Positions 45,730-54,577 of a DNA stretch of 64,000 nt are shown in pieces; position 1 is the first letter of the stretch; every line of letters begins with the position of its first letter. Under the pieces are notes generated by a model. That model saw only the letters and a list, made by a program, of their open reading frames with translations, made no database searches and was not told the origin of the DNA. This DNA comes from Dehalococcoidia bacterium (GTDB taxonomy: Bacteria; Chloroflexota; Dehalococcoidia; Lucifugimonadales; JADFKI01). A program made the position numbers and the translations under genes. Location of the stretch: NCBI GenBank assembly GCA_965243355.1, contig OZ251547.1, positions 2,596,479-2,660,478 of the forward strand, read 5' to 3'.

Positions 45730-45783
45730 GTTGGATGCGTTGGCGTTGGCGCTAGGTTAGCGCCGCTTGCGGTTGGACGCGGG

Positions 45784-46275
45784 CTAGGCGCGGGCGGCTA
45801 GGCGGGCGTCTATGAGCAGAAGGCCGCTGCCGTCGCCGTCTATCAGCCGGAGCTGGTCGACTATCTCTTCGGCGCTCTTCTCTTCTTCCACCTGCTCGTT
45901 GATGAGCTCGTGCAGCATCACTTGGGCGGCGTAGTCGCTCTCTTCTATGGCGAGCTGGTACATCCGGTTGATGAGGCCGGTTATCTTGCGCTCGTGATCC
46001 AGGGTGCGCTCCATCGCGTCCAGGGCGCTCTGGAAGTCGGCGGGCGGCTGAGGGATAGCCTGCAGCGTGGCGCGGCCGCCGCGGTCGTGGACATAGTCGA
46101 AGAACCGCATCGCATGCGCGGTCTCTTCGGCGTTCTGCAGCCGCATCCAGTGGGCGAAACCGGGCAGGTTCCTGTCCTCAAAGTAGGACGCCATTGACAG
46201 GTAGATGAACGCCGACTCGAACTCGGCGGTTATCTGGTTGTTGAACGACTCTTGCAGTCTGGGACTCAGGTTCAT
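45784..46275 (-). CDS. ftn: Ferritin (non-heme, Ftn-like)
   Basis: LNNQITAEFESAFIYLSMASYF......GFAHWMRLQNAEETAHAMRFFDY contains the ferroxidase-centre residues. Confidence 0.85.
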   Translation of the reverse strand: MNLSPRLQESFNNQITAEFESAFIYLSMASYFEDRNLPGFAHWMRLQNAEETAHAMRFFDYVHDRGGRATLQAIPQPPADFQSALDAMERTLDHERKITGLINRMYQLAIEESDYAAQVMLHELINEQVEEEKSAEEIVDQLRLIDGDGSGLLLIDARLAARA

Positions 46276-46412
46276 CGCGTACTCGTCCTCCTCTTTGTAG
46301 TTGCTTATGGTTATCGCAAGGTTTGGTTATCGCCGCTGAATGTTGCCAAGCGCAACGCGGCTAACATCTATATTTACACCGATTTTGGGGCTAGTCCAGA
46401 TTGAATTAAAAA

Positions 46413-46432
46413 ATTGCGCCATATAGCGCAAT
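46413..46432. promoter_or_regulatory. Palindrome upstream of ferritin (operator candidate)
   Basis: ATTGCGC-catata-GCGCAAT, located 138..157 nt upstream of the ferritin start in an A/T-rich spacer. Confidence 0.3.
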
Positions 46433-46675
46433 CTATGTTTATTGGCGTCATATGAGCGGTTGCGTTGCGCGTAGCGCGATTGGCGGCGATGATGCAAGCG
46501 CGGCTAATAGTTGACATAGGCGGCGTTAAGCGTATATTTAGTTTGCGGCATAGCATTGATTAGCCGATTTTCGCAGCCTGAGACGCGCCGAATTCGGGCG
46601 GTTTTGGGCCGCCGCAATCGGGCGTTATAGGCGCGAATTAGCGGCGCGAATTAGCAGGATAAACAAGGAGAGGCA

Positions 46676-47299
46676 ATGACCACAGAGGCAACGATAAAAA
46701 GCGACGAGGTAGCCATACCGCAGACGGGGACGTCGGTATATGAGGCGATATTCGGGCGGCGGATGACGAAAGAGTTCACGGGCGCGGATGTGCCGCGCGA
46801 GGCGCTGCGGCGCATGCTGGACGCGGCGATATGGGCGCCCAATCACCGCTTGACCAACCCGTGGCGGTTTTTCGCGCTTGAAAGGGGCGGCGCTATGCGC
46901 GAGCGCGTGGCGGATCTGGCGTGGCAAACCGCGTATGAGGCGGTGGCGAACCCGAACCCTGAGCAGAAAAGGTCGTCGGCGGACGCCAGCAAAGCGCGCG
47001 TGCTGAACGCGCCGGCGGCGGTGTATGTGTACAGCGTTCCCGGCCGGGACGACGAGACCACGCAAGAGAACTACGCGTCGGTGTGCTGCGCGGTTCAAAA
47101 TATGGCGCTGGCGGCGGTGGCGGAGGGGCTGGTGGTGGACTGGAGTACGGGCGGCGTGACGCGGCATCCGGACTTGGGCGCGACGCTGGGCGCGGATGCG
47201 GATTGGACGCTGGTGGGGGCGCTGTTCATCGGCGAGCCGCTGAACGCGCCGACTACGCGGCGGAGCGCGACGTCTGAGATAGTGTCTTGGCTGAGCTGA
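46676..47299 (+). CDS. Nitroreductase-family protein
   Basis: RRMTKEF.........L..MLDAAIWAPNHRLTNPWRF is a nitroreductase signature. AAGGAGAGG RBS upstream. Confidence 0.8.
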   Translation: MTTEATIKSDEVAIPQTGTSVYEAIFGRRMTKEFTGADVPREALRRMLDAAIWAPNHRLTNPWRFFALERGGAMRERVADLAWQTAYEAVANPNPEQKRSSADASKARVLNAPAAVYVYSVPGRDDETTQENYASVCCAVQNMALAAVAEGLVVDWSTGGVTRHPDLGATLGADADWTLVGALFIGEPLNAPTTRRSATSEIVSWLS

Positions 47300-47422
47300 G
47301 CGGGTTATGGCGAGTGGGCAAGCAAAGCGAGTGGGCAAGCGCAATGCCCATATCTCATAATCCTGCCATAAGCCCGCAAGGGGAATTAGGCGAGCGAAAC
47401 TAGCGAAACCATAAAGAGGGGA

Positions 47423-47498
47423 TGGTACCCCTGCCCGGACTCGAACCGGGGCACACGGTTTAGGAAACCGTTGCTCTATCCTCCTGAGCTACAGGGGC
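47423..47498 (-). tRNA. tRNA-Arg (anticodon CCT)
   Basis: Manual cloverleaf: acceptor GCCCCTG/CAGGGGT, D stem GCTC/GAGC, anticodon stem ACGGT/ACCGT with loop TTCCTAA, T arm CCCGG-TTCGAGT-CCGGG, and an encoded CCA. Confidence 0.85.
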
Positions 47499-47716
47499 GC
47501 CTGAGGCTATTATACCCTAACGCGGCGCTGGGTTGCACTATTCGCGGCGCGGGTTTCGGGGCAATTGCGGGGGATTTTCGGGCGCGGGATGCCGCGTTTG
47601 GCTGGCGTATTGCCGGGGATATGCGGCGAATTTGGGGAATATGGTTTTCACGGCGCGGTTTATCTGCTATAATCACTTTGTTCGCTGGAGTGGCGATGGC
47701 GCTGAGCGCCGCGTCA

Positions 47717-47793
47717 GGGCGGTTAGCTCAGTTGGTTAGAGCGCTTGCTTCACACGCAAGAGGTCCCAGGTTCAAGTCCTGGACCGCCCACCA
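47717..47793 (+). tRNA. tRNA-Val (anticodon CAC)
   Basis: Acceptor GGGCGGT/ACCGCCC, anticodon stem CTTGC/GCAAG with loop TTCACAC, T loop TTCAAGT, and an encoded CCA. Confidence 0.85.
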
Positions 47794-47845
47794 TAAGGCG
47801 GGCGGCGCGGCTGGGTAATCTGGCCGCGCGAACAAACGGGAATGT

Positions 47846-47932
47846 GCCGAAGTGGCGGAACGGAAGACGCGCTACGTTCAGGGCGTAGTATCCTTTACGG
47901 ATGTGTGGGTTCAAATCCCTCCTTCGGCACCA
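47846..47932 (+). tRNA. tRNA-Leu (anticodon CAG)
   Basis: Acceptor GCCGAAG/CCTTCGGC region, anticodon stem CTACG/CGTAG with loop TTCAGGG, a long variable arm (TATCCTTTACGGATGT), and an encoded CCA. Confidence 0.85.
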
Positions 47933-47962
47933 ACGCAATCGCAATGCCGCCAACCGAAACGT

Positions 47963-48038
47963 GCGCTTGTAGCTCAGTGGATAGAGCGCAGCCCTGCGGA
48001 GGCTGAGGCCGTGGGTTCGAGTCCCGCCAAGCGCGCCA
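47963..48038 (+). tRNA. tRNA-Arg (anticodon GCG by manual fold)
   Basis: Acceptor GCGCTTG/CAAGCGC, D arm GCTC-AGTGGATA-GAGC, anticodon stem CAGCC/GGCTG with loop CTGCGGA, T arm GTGGG-TTCGAGT-CCCGC, and an encoded CCA. Confidence 0.75.
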
Positions 48039-48144
48039 TATGTTTATATCCCCGTAAATCCGCATCGGGCGGCAATGCAACCCCTTAGCCGATCCCCAAA
48101 TCCGCGCATCCAATATCCCGCATGCGCCCGTCGCGTTGCGGCGC

Positions 48145-48221
48145 GGGCGATTAGCTCAGATGGTTAGAGCGTCTGCTTTACACGCAGAAGGTCAGAGGTT
48201 CGAGTCCTCTATCGCCCACCA
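48145..48221 (+). tRNA. tRNA-Val (anticodon TAC)
   Basis: Acceptor GGGCGAT/ATCGCCC, anticodon stem TCTGC/GCAGA with loop TTTACAC, T loop TTCGAGT, and an encoded CCA. Confidence 0.85.
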
Positions 48222-48553
48222 TATTCCCCCGGCGGCGCTTGCGCGATAATCGCCCACCAATCCTATCGCTCACCATATTCCCCACCGGCATCCCCCGACA
48301 CCCCTTGCGCGATCCCCCCCGATTTCACCCGCGCTCGCCGCTCGCGCCCTCTCTATATCCCCTCTTATCTCAGCGTCTTGGCGCGTACATTAGCGCATTT
48401 CTCTTTTCGCATATCAGCGTATCTTAACCCCGCCGCTTATTGAATTCGCAGATGGCGGCTATGATACGATACGCCACGGCGCGTATTATTGCGTGGATTT
48501 GCCTTGCGCGGATGGCGCGCCCACGCCGCAGCGCGAAAGGAGCCTTAGCTAAG

Positions 48554-51040
48554 ATGCGATTTCATCCGACACTCCGCAAATCGCTGATAAACCCGGCGAC
48601 GTTCGCCTCGCTGATAGTCGCGGGGGTGGCGCTGGCGGCGCTGCTGGTCGGGCTGGCGAACATCAACGCGGCAAACGCGCAGGCGCCCGGTTCGTTCACG
48701 GCGATAAGCGGCGGCGTAACGCATACCTGCGCGCTTGACGCGGACGGCGCGGCGACCTGCTGGGGCAGCGACGCCGACGGCGAATCCACGCCGCCGCAGG
48801 GCGAAACTTTCGCGGCGATAAGCGCGGGCGACTCGTTCACCTGCGGCATCCGAAAGGAAGAGGATGGCGAGGCCGGCAAGGCGGTATGCTGGGGCAACGA
48901 CTCTCAGCGGCAGATATGGAATGTGCCGCAGCGGGAAGAGTTCACTGAGATAAGCGCGGGCGCGTTTCATGCGTGCGGCTTGCGCGAGGATGGCAAGGCG
49001 GTCTGCTGGGGCGATAACGACTTTGGGCAGTCCGAGCCGCCCGCGGATGGCGTCTATGTTGAGATAAGCGCGGGCGGCTATCACACATGCGGGCTTGACG
49101 CGGAGGGCAAGGTAACCTGCTGGGGCAGCAACGGCTATGGGCAGACTATCGCGCATCGGGGAGTTTTCAGGTCAATTGACGCGGGCGAGCATCACACCTG
49201 CGCGCTGCGCGATTCGGATATGTTCGCAATCTGCTGGGGCAGGGACAGCCAGGGCAGGACAAGCCCGATAGCGGAGCGGTTCGCGTCCATAAGCGCGGGC
49301 GTGGCGCACGGCTGCGGCTTGCGGTCGGACGGCTTGGTTGTGTGCTGGGGCGACGACAGCCTGGGCCAGTCTCAGCCGCCCGCCGGCGAGCGGTTCGCGG
49401 CGCTGACCGCCGGCGGCTACCACACATGCGGCTTGCGGCACGACGGCAGAGCGGTCTGCTGGGGCTGGAACGGGTCGGGGCAGGCAAGCCCGCCCGCGTC
49501 TATGGCAACGCCTACGCCCACCGCCACATCCGTGCCGACGGTGGGCCTTCCCACCGCAACGCCCACAATCACGCCAATCGCAACATCCACGCCGATAATG
49601 ATAGGGATGCCGAGCGCCGGCGCCAGCATAAGCATCGGCGCGAGCCACGCATGCGGGCTGCGGCAGGACGGCACAATCGTGTGCTGGGGCAGCGATTCGC
49701 AGGGGCAGACAACGCCGCCCGGCGGCAAGTTCGCAACCGTCAGCGGCGGCGATTCCCACGCCTGCGCGCTGCGCGATGACGGCTCTCTAATCTGCTGGGG
49801 CGATAACACATACGGGCAGGCAACGCCGCCCGCAAGCGGCAGATACATCGCCATCAGCAGCCACTCCAACCACACCTGCGGGCTGCGGGATGACGGCTCT
49901 ATAACCTGCTGGGGCGATGACAGATATGGGCAAACCGCGCCGCCTGAAAACGGCAGGTACACGGCGATAAGCAGCGGCGAAACGCTGTCCTGCGCGCTGC
50001 GATATGACGGCGAGCTGGTGTGCTGGGGGACGCGGCAGGACGGCGGGGACATAGCGCCGCCGCCGCCAACGCCGGTTCCCAGCGCAACGCCGCCGCCGAC
50101 CGCCACTCCGGCGCCCGTCGCCACGCCCGCGCCCGCCGCTACCATACCGCAGCGGTTCATCAGCGACTGCTCCAACGGCATAGCGGTCATCTACCCGCTG
50201 GACAACCCGCGATCGGCGCGCGACTGCGCGGCGCTGCTGGCGTCCAAGGCCGTCTTGGAGGGAACCCTGCCCGGCGCGCTGAACTGGTCGCCGTGGATCC
50301 GGATTGACGCTTGGGATGGCGTAACCGTAGCCAGCGTGGACGGATCGCCCAGGATTGTTGAGCTAAACCTAAGCGGCTACGGGCTGGTTGGGCAGGTTCC
50401 TGAGCAGATTAGCCATATGAGCGCGCTCAGGCGGCTTATCCTGGACGACAACGACCTGCATGGCGCGTTGCCGCCGCAGCTGGGCAATATGGGCAGCCTG
50501 GAACGGCTGTCGGTTCAGAACAACGAATTGACGGGCGCATTGCCGCCGCAGCTGGGCAACCTCGCCAACCTGATGTACATATACTTGGGCGGCAACGACC
50601 TGCACGGCGCGCTGCCGCCGCAATTGGGCAACCTGACGGGCTTGCAGACGCTGTCCATCCCGGACAACGGCATAAGCGGCGCGATCCCGCCGCAGCTGGG
50701 CAGGCTGGGCAACCTGGATGTGCTGTCGCTTGGCGGCAACAGCCTGAGCGGGCAGATACCCGCGCAGCTGGGCAACCTGACGAGCCTGCAATGGCTGGGG
50801 CTTGCGAACAACAGCTTGAGCGGGAGCATCCCGCCGGAGCTGGGCGCGCTGAGAAACCTGACGCATCTGTACTTGGATCGCAACGCCCTGAGCGGCGAGA
50901 TACCCGCGCGGCTGAGCAGCCTGGTCAGCCTGCGGCTGCTGCGGCTCGCGGGCAACGACTTCGCGGGCTGCGTTCCGAGCGCGCTGGGGGATGTGGCGGA
51001 TAACGACCTGGCGGAGGTGGGGCTGCCGCTGTGCAACTAG
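48554..51040 (+). CDS. Secreted RCC1-repeat (beta-propeller) protein fused to plant-type LRR domain
   Basis: I place the start at ATG 48554, after a GAAAGGAG RBS. A signal/TM segment is followed by two blocks of about 7 and about 5 RCC1-like repeats (HTCGL..DG...CWG.N..GQ..PP) separated by a T/P linker. After a P-rich linker comes the cap CAALLASKAVLEG...NWSPW....W.GVTV, then about 9 copies of the 24-aa LRR L..L.L..N.L.G.(I/L)PP.LG.L. Confidence 0.8.
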   Translation: MRFHPTLRKSLINPATFASLIVAGVALAALLVGLANINAANAQAPGSFTAISGGVTHTCALDADGAATCWGSDADGESTPPQGETFAAISAGDSFTCGIRKEEDGEAGKAVCWGNDSQRQIWNVPQREEFTEISAGAFHACGLREDGKAVCWGDNDFGQSEPPADGVYVEISAGGYHTCGLDAEGKVTCWGSNGYGQTIAHRGVFRSIDAGEHHTCALRDSDMFAICWGRDSQGRTSPIAERFASISAGVAHGCGLRSDGLVVCWGDDSLGQSQPPAGERFAALTAGGYHTCGLRHDGRAVCWGWNGSGQASPPASMATPTPTATSVPTVGLPTATPTITPIATSTPIMIGMPSAGASISIGASHACGLRQDGTIVCWGSDSQGQTTPPGGKFATVSGGDSHACALRDDGSLICWGDNTYGQATPPASGRYIAISSHSNHTCGLRDDGSITCWGDDRYGQTAPPENGRYTAISSGETLSCALRYDGELVCWGTRQDGGDIAPPPPTPVPSATPPPTATPAPVATPAPAATIPQRFISDCSNGIAVIYPLDNPRSARDCAALLASKAVLEGTLPGALNWSPWIRIDAWDGVTVASVDGSPRIVELNLSGYGLVGQVPEQISHMSALRRLILDDNDLHGALPPQLGNMGSLERLSVQNNELTGALPPQLGNLANLMYIYLGGNDLHGALPPQLGNLTGLQTLSIPDNGISGAIPPQLGRLGNLDVLSLGGNSLSGQIPAQLGNLTSLQWLGLANNSLSGSIPPELGALRNLTHLYLDRNALSGEIPARLSSLVSLRLLRLAGNDFAGCVPSALGDVADNDLAEVGLPLCN

Positions 51041-51197
51041 CGATAGCCTAGCGGCCCGCCGAAAGCCAAACGCAAGCGCTCGCGCAATTTCACGCGGGCG
51101 CTTGTGTGCGTGATGCGCTATTGTGTGCTACAATAACCTCATCGGCGCGGCGGGCCGCCCTCGCCGCGGATAGCATAGCCCAAAGGACGGCATTCCA

Positions 51198-52673
51198 ATG
51201 GCAAGCCCAAACTTCCAAAACCGAACTTTGTTCAAGGGCGATAACCTAGACTTTCTGCGCGGGATGAATAGCGAAACCGTTGATCTTATCGCCACAGATC
51301 CGCCGTTCAACAAGGGCAAGGACTTTCACGCAACGCCGGAGAGCCTGGCGGCGGGGGCGCGCTTTCAAGACAGGTGGACTTGGGATGATGATGTGCAACC
51401 CGAATGGGTTGACGACATTAAAGACGACGAGCCGCGCGTGTATTCGCTGATAAACCACGTGGTAGGCGGCATTGACAACGATCCCAAAACCCGCAAGCGG
51501 CTAGGCGGCCGCGAAGACCTCGCCGCGTTCTTGTGCTTTATGGGCGTAAGGCTGATTGAGATGCGCCGCGTTCTCAAAGACACGGGCAGCCTCTACCTGC
51601 ACTGCGATCCGACCGCCAGCCACTATCTCAAATCGCTGATGGACGCCATATTCGGCGATAAGAACTTTCGCAACGAGATTATCTGGCACTACGGCAAATG
51701 GAGCAACGCCGCCAGGTATTTCCAACGCAACCATGATGTGATCTTGTTCTATTCAAAGAACAACGGCTACACATTCTACAAGCAGTTCAGCGTTTCGGAC
51801 GACAAGCGCAAGAAGTTGGCGATTGGCTACCAAGTCAACCGCCCCAGCGGCGTCAAGCAACTTATCGTGTACGACCGCGATAAGGCGGCGGACAAAATCG
51901 CCGAGGGAAACTACGACGCCGTTGTGTACAGAGACGACGAAAACCCCGGCGCTTTGCTGCACGACACGTGGTCTGACATCAACATCATAAACAGCCAGTC
52001 TCGGGAGCGCATGGGCTACCCAACCCAAAAGCCGCTCGCCCTGTATGAGCGCATTATCAAGGCGTCGTCCAATGAGGGCGATATGGTTCTTGACCCATTC
52101 TGCGGTTGCGCCACCACGCCCATCGCCGCCGAAAGGCTAGGCCGTCAGTGGGTTGGAATGGATCTGTGGGACGGCGCATATGACATCGTTCAAAGGCGCA
52201 TGGAAGACAATCGCCAACTGCTCGCCAACCCTGACGCGCAAATACTCTACACCCAAGACGCGCCTGTTCGCACTGACGGGGGCGAAGACGCGCCCACATT
52301 TGAGTTGCGCCTGAGAAAGCAGCGCCCAAAAGAGCAGTGGCAGAAACTTTCGCACACGCAGATGCGCGAGATACTGATTGACGCGCAGGCGTCGGCAAAT
52401 GGCCTAGTTGATTGCGCCGGATGCGGCCGCAGCCTTGAGGCGGAGTTCATGGAACTTGACCATATCAACCCGCGCGCCCAGGGCGGCGAAAACTGGATTA
52501 CCAACCGCATCCTGCTATGCGGCCCCTGCAACCGCCGCAAGAGCGCGGACTTGACAATAATCGGCTTGCAGAGGCAGAATAAAAGAACGGGTTGGATGCA
52601 CAATCCGCAAATTGCGGACAGCGCGTTGATAAGAGCGAATAAGCGGGCGCAGGAGATTGCGCTAGAGGAATAA
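51198..52673 (+). CDS. DNA methyltransferase (beta-class N6A/N4C, PF01555-like) fused to C-terminal HNH nuclease domain
   Basis: Motif IV TDPPFNKG is N-terminal, and motif I VLDPFCGCATTPIAAERLGRQWVGMDL is C-terminal to it. The protein then continues with CAGCGR...ELDHINPRAQGGENWITNRILLCGPCNRRKS, an HNH His-Me finger with CxxC pairs. Confidence 0.8.
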   Translation: MASPNFQNRTLFKGDNLDFLRGMNSETVDLIATDPPFNKGKDFHATPESLAAGARFQDRWTWDDDVQPEWVDDIKDDEPRVYSLINHVVGGIDNDPKTRKRLGGREDLAAFLCFMGVRLIEMRRVLKDTGSLYLHCDPTASHYLKSLMDAIFGDKNFRNEIIWHYGKWSNAARYFQRNHDVILFYSKNNGYTFYKQFSVSDDKRKKLAIGYQVNRPSGVKQLIVYDRDKAADKIAEGNYDAVVYRDDENPGALLHDTWSDINIINSQSRERMGYPTQKPLALYERIIKASSNEGDMVLDPFCGCATTPIAAERLGRQWVGMDLWDGAYDIVQRRMEDNRQLLANPDAQILYTQDAPVRTDGGEDAPTFELRLRKQRPKEQWQKLSHTQMREILIDAQASANGLVDCAGCGRSLEAEFMELDHINPRAQGGENWITNRILLCGPCNRRKSADLTIIGLQRQNKRTGWMHNPQIADSALIRANKRAQEIALEE

Positions 52674-52687
52674 GTGAGGTTTGAACG

Positions 52688-53647
52688 ATGATGGATTTCT
52701 TTCGGCTTATCGGAAAGCCGTTTTCAGTTGCGGGTGACTTGTTGAGTGCTCGCGCAAAGCCGGGTCTGGCGGCAGCAGGGGATGATAGTGCTTTGAAGAG
52801 GCGAATTAAGTCGCTTATGGAAACCGGAGGTTTGGATTATAAAACAGCACGCCGTCTGGCTGTACAGGAATCATTTCGGGATACATTGCAAGAGAGCGTG
52901 GACCGCGTATTAGACGCCGCGGAGGAAGAGTCTATTTCGCCCGACGACTTTGCGGAACGGCTGAGTGACGGATTTCAAGAAAAGGATTCTGTATCCATGC
53001 ACGTGCTAGACGTGAGTAGATGCAGCACAGCAGATGAACTGCGGTCATTGCTTGGTAAGATACTCGCAAAAGACGTCGACAAGCGTGGTTTGATACATCC
53101 ATCGACGCTGGAAAGCGTTAGAAAGTTGGATGCAGATGCGCTACGATCACTTATCCAGTTGCGAATGATCGCGTGGATCGATACCGATGCCCCGTATTCA
53201 GTGCGATTTTTGGCGACTCCCGTTAAGGACGCATATATCGATGTCAGTCCTTATTCTTGGTTGACCAATTATGCTGGGTTGACCGATATAGAGTGTCTTC
53301 GACTTGAAAATTTGGGGCTAATCTATTTTCAGCCAAGACTTGGCCACATCATGGAAGTCAGCGATGGGGACGTTGAATACGACGAATCGGGCGAGTTGCT
53401 ACGATGCAAAACAGCGCGCCTAAGAAATGGACAGCGGACTCTTGTATTGGAAACGACCGAGACACGGCCGTTGCATATGGGGAATCGTCATTTGACTACT
53501 GAGGGGGCGGAGATACTCGGATTGTACATGGACGAACCTTATACGCCGAGAAGTGGCTACTTCGAGGCTATGTGCGAATTTTGGAAAGAAGAGGGATTTA
53601 TGATCTTAACCGATCCGCAAAGCCCGCAAGCCCCGCTCAAGGAATAG
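52688..53647 (+). CDS. Hypothetical protein, DUF2806-like (tentative)
   Basis: 319 aa, starting 14 nt after the MTase-HNH stop, and visibly A/T-richer than the genome. The segments ADELRSLLGKILAKDVDKRGLIHPSTLESVRKLDADALRSLIQL and GLTDIECLRLENLGLIYFQ resemble my recollection of DUF2806 motifs. Confidence 0.4.
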   Translation: MMDFFRLIGKPFSVAGDLLSARAKPGLAAAGDDSALKRRIKSLMETGGLDYKTARRLAVQESFRDTLQESVDRVLDAAEEESISPDDFAERLSDGFQEKDSVSMHVLDVSRCSTADELRSLLGKILAKDVDKRGLIHPSTLESVRKLDADALRSLIQLRMIAWIDTDAPYSVRFLATPVKDAYIDVSPYSWLTNYAGLTDIECLRLENLGLIYFQPRLGHIMEVSDGDVEYDESGELLRCKTARLRNGQRTLVLETTETRPLHMGNRHLTTEGAEILGLYMDEPYTPRSGYFEAMCEFWKEEGFMILTDPQSPQAPLKE

Positions 53648-53828
53648 CGGCCGAATGGCAACGTTTGACAACTCCAACTAATTCCAAGCCGCCGTTCCCA
53701 ATGCTCCCGATGATGCACGGCGCACCCGAATACATAACGCCCCCAAGCAATTCCCCCCGCGTTTGACTTGCCGCGCCCGCTAGTGGTAATCTCAATGCCA
53801 ACTTTTGGGCAGGCAGGGCAAACTCGCA

Positions 53829-54572
53829 ATGGCTAGAATGAACTCCAACCGGCGCAATACTTCTCCCTCGCGGCAGCGGCTTTCTATGACGGCGGAGAAC
53901 TATCTGCTGTCAATCTACCGGCTGCAGGAAGAGGCGATTACGGTTACGCTGACGCAGCTGGCGGAGCATCTGAAGATGCTGCCGAAGGGCGAGGGGCTTG
54001 GCACATCGCTGCCCACCGTGGGCGGGATGATACGGCGGCTGGAGCGCGAGGGGCTGATAGAGATGGACTCGCGCAAGCAGCTCACGCTGACGCGCAAGGG
54101 GACGCAGGACGCCGAGAGCATCGTGCGGCGGCACCGGCTGGCGGAGCGGATGGTGGTGGATATGTTTGACGTTGAACTCCACCGCGCGCACGTGGAGGCG
54201 CATCTGCTGGAGCATGCGATTTCGCCCTATCTGGAAACGCGCATTATGGACAAGCTCGGGATGCCCACCACATCGCCGTTTGGCTATCCCATACCCGGCA
54301 CCAACTATGCGCGCAAGAAAGGGCTGTTCCGGCTGAACGAGGCAAAGGCGGAGCAGCGGCTTGAGATTGACAAGATCCCCGTTGACGATGAGGCGCTGCT
54401 AAAGCATCTGGTTGACAACCGGGTAATTCCCGGCACGCCGATACGCATCAATGAGATAAACACATCCACCGGCATAATCTCGTTCACCTGCGCGGCGGAC
54501 GGCGCGGATGTGGATGTGGTGGTCGGGTATGAGGTGGGCAAGTTCATCTGGGTTCGGCTGCCCGCTGACTAG
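53829..54572 (+). CDS. DtxR/MntR-family metal-dependent transcriptional regulator with FeoA/SH3-like C-terminal domain
   Basis: SMTAENYLLSIYRL, then a wHTH (LAEHL......PTVGGMIRRLEREGLI), then RRHRLAERMVVDM.......H.EAHLLEHAIS (metal-site residues). Confidence 0.8.
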   Translation: MARMNSNRRNTSPSRQRLSMTAENYLLSIYRLQEEAITVTLTQLAEHLKMLPKGEGLGTSLPTVGGMIRRLEREGLIEMDSRKQLTLTRKGTQDAESIVRRHRLAERMVVDMFDVELHRAHVEAHLLEHAISPYLETRIMDKLGMPTTSPFGYPIPGTNYARKKGLFRLNEAKAEQRLEIDKIPVDDEALLKHLVDNRVIPGTPIRINEINTSTGIISFTCAADGADVDVVVGYEVGKFIWVRLPAD

Positions 54573-54577
54573 GCGGC

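Noticed and set aside
45271-45755. Small ORFs (45271..45456 and 45573..45755) in the spacer between the iron operon and ferritin.
   Set aside because: They have no RBS, their Gly/Arg/Trp-rich translations are implausible, and 45573..45755 overlaps the ferritin terminator hairpin. The region is treated as regulatory or non-coding.
47471-48113. Track ORFs overlapping the tRNA cluster (47471..47818, 47750..47953, 47852..48088, 47895..48113).
   Set aside because: They are read across tRNA genes with clean cloverleaf folds and have no coding signal.
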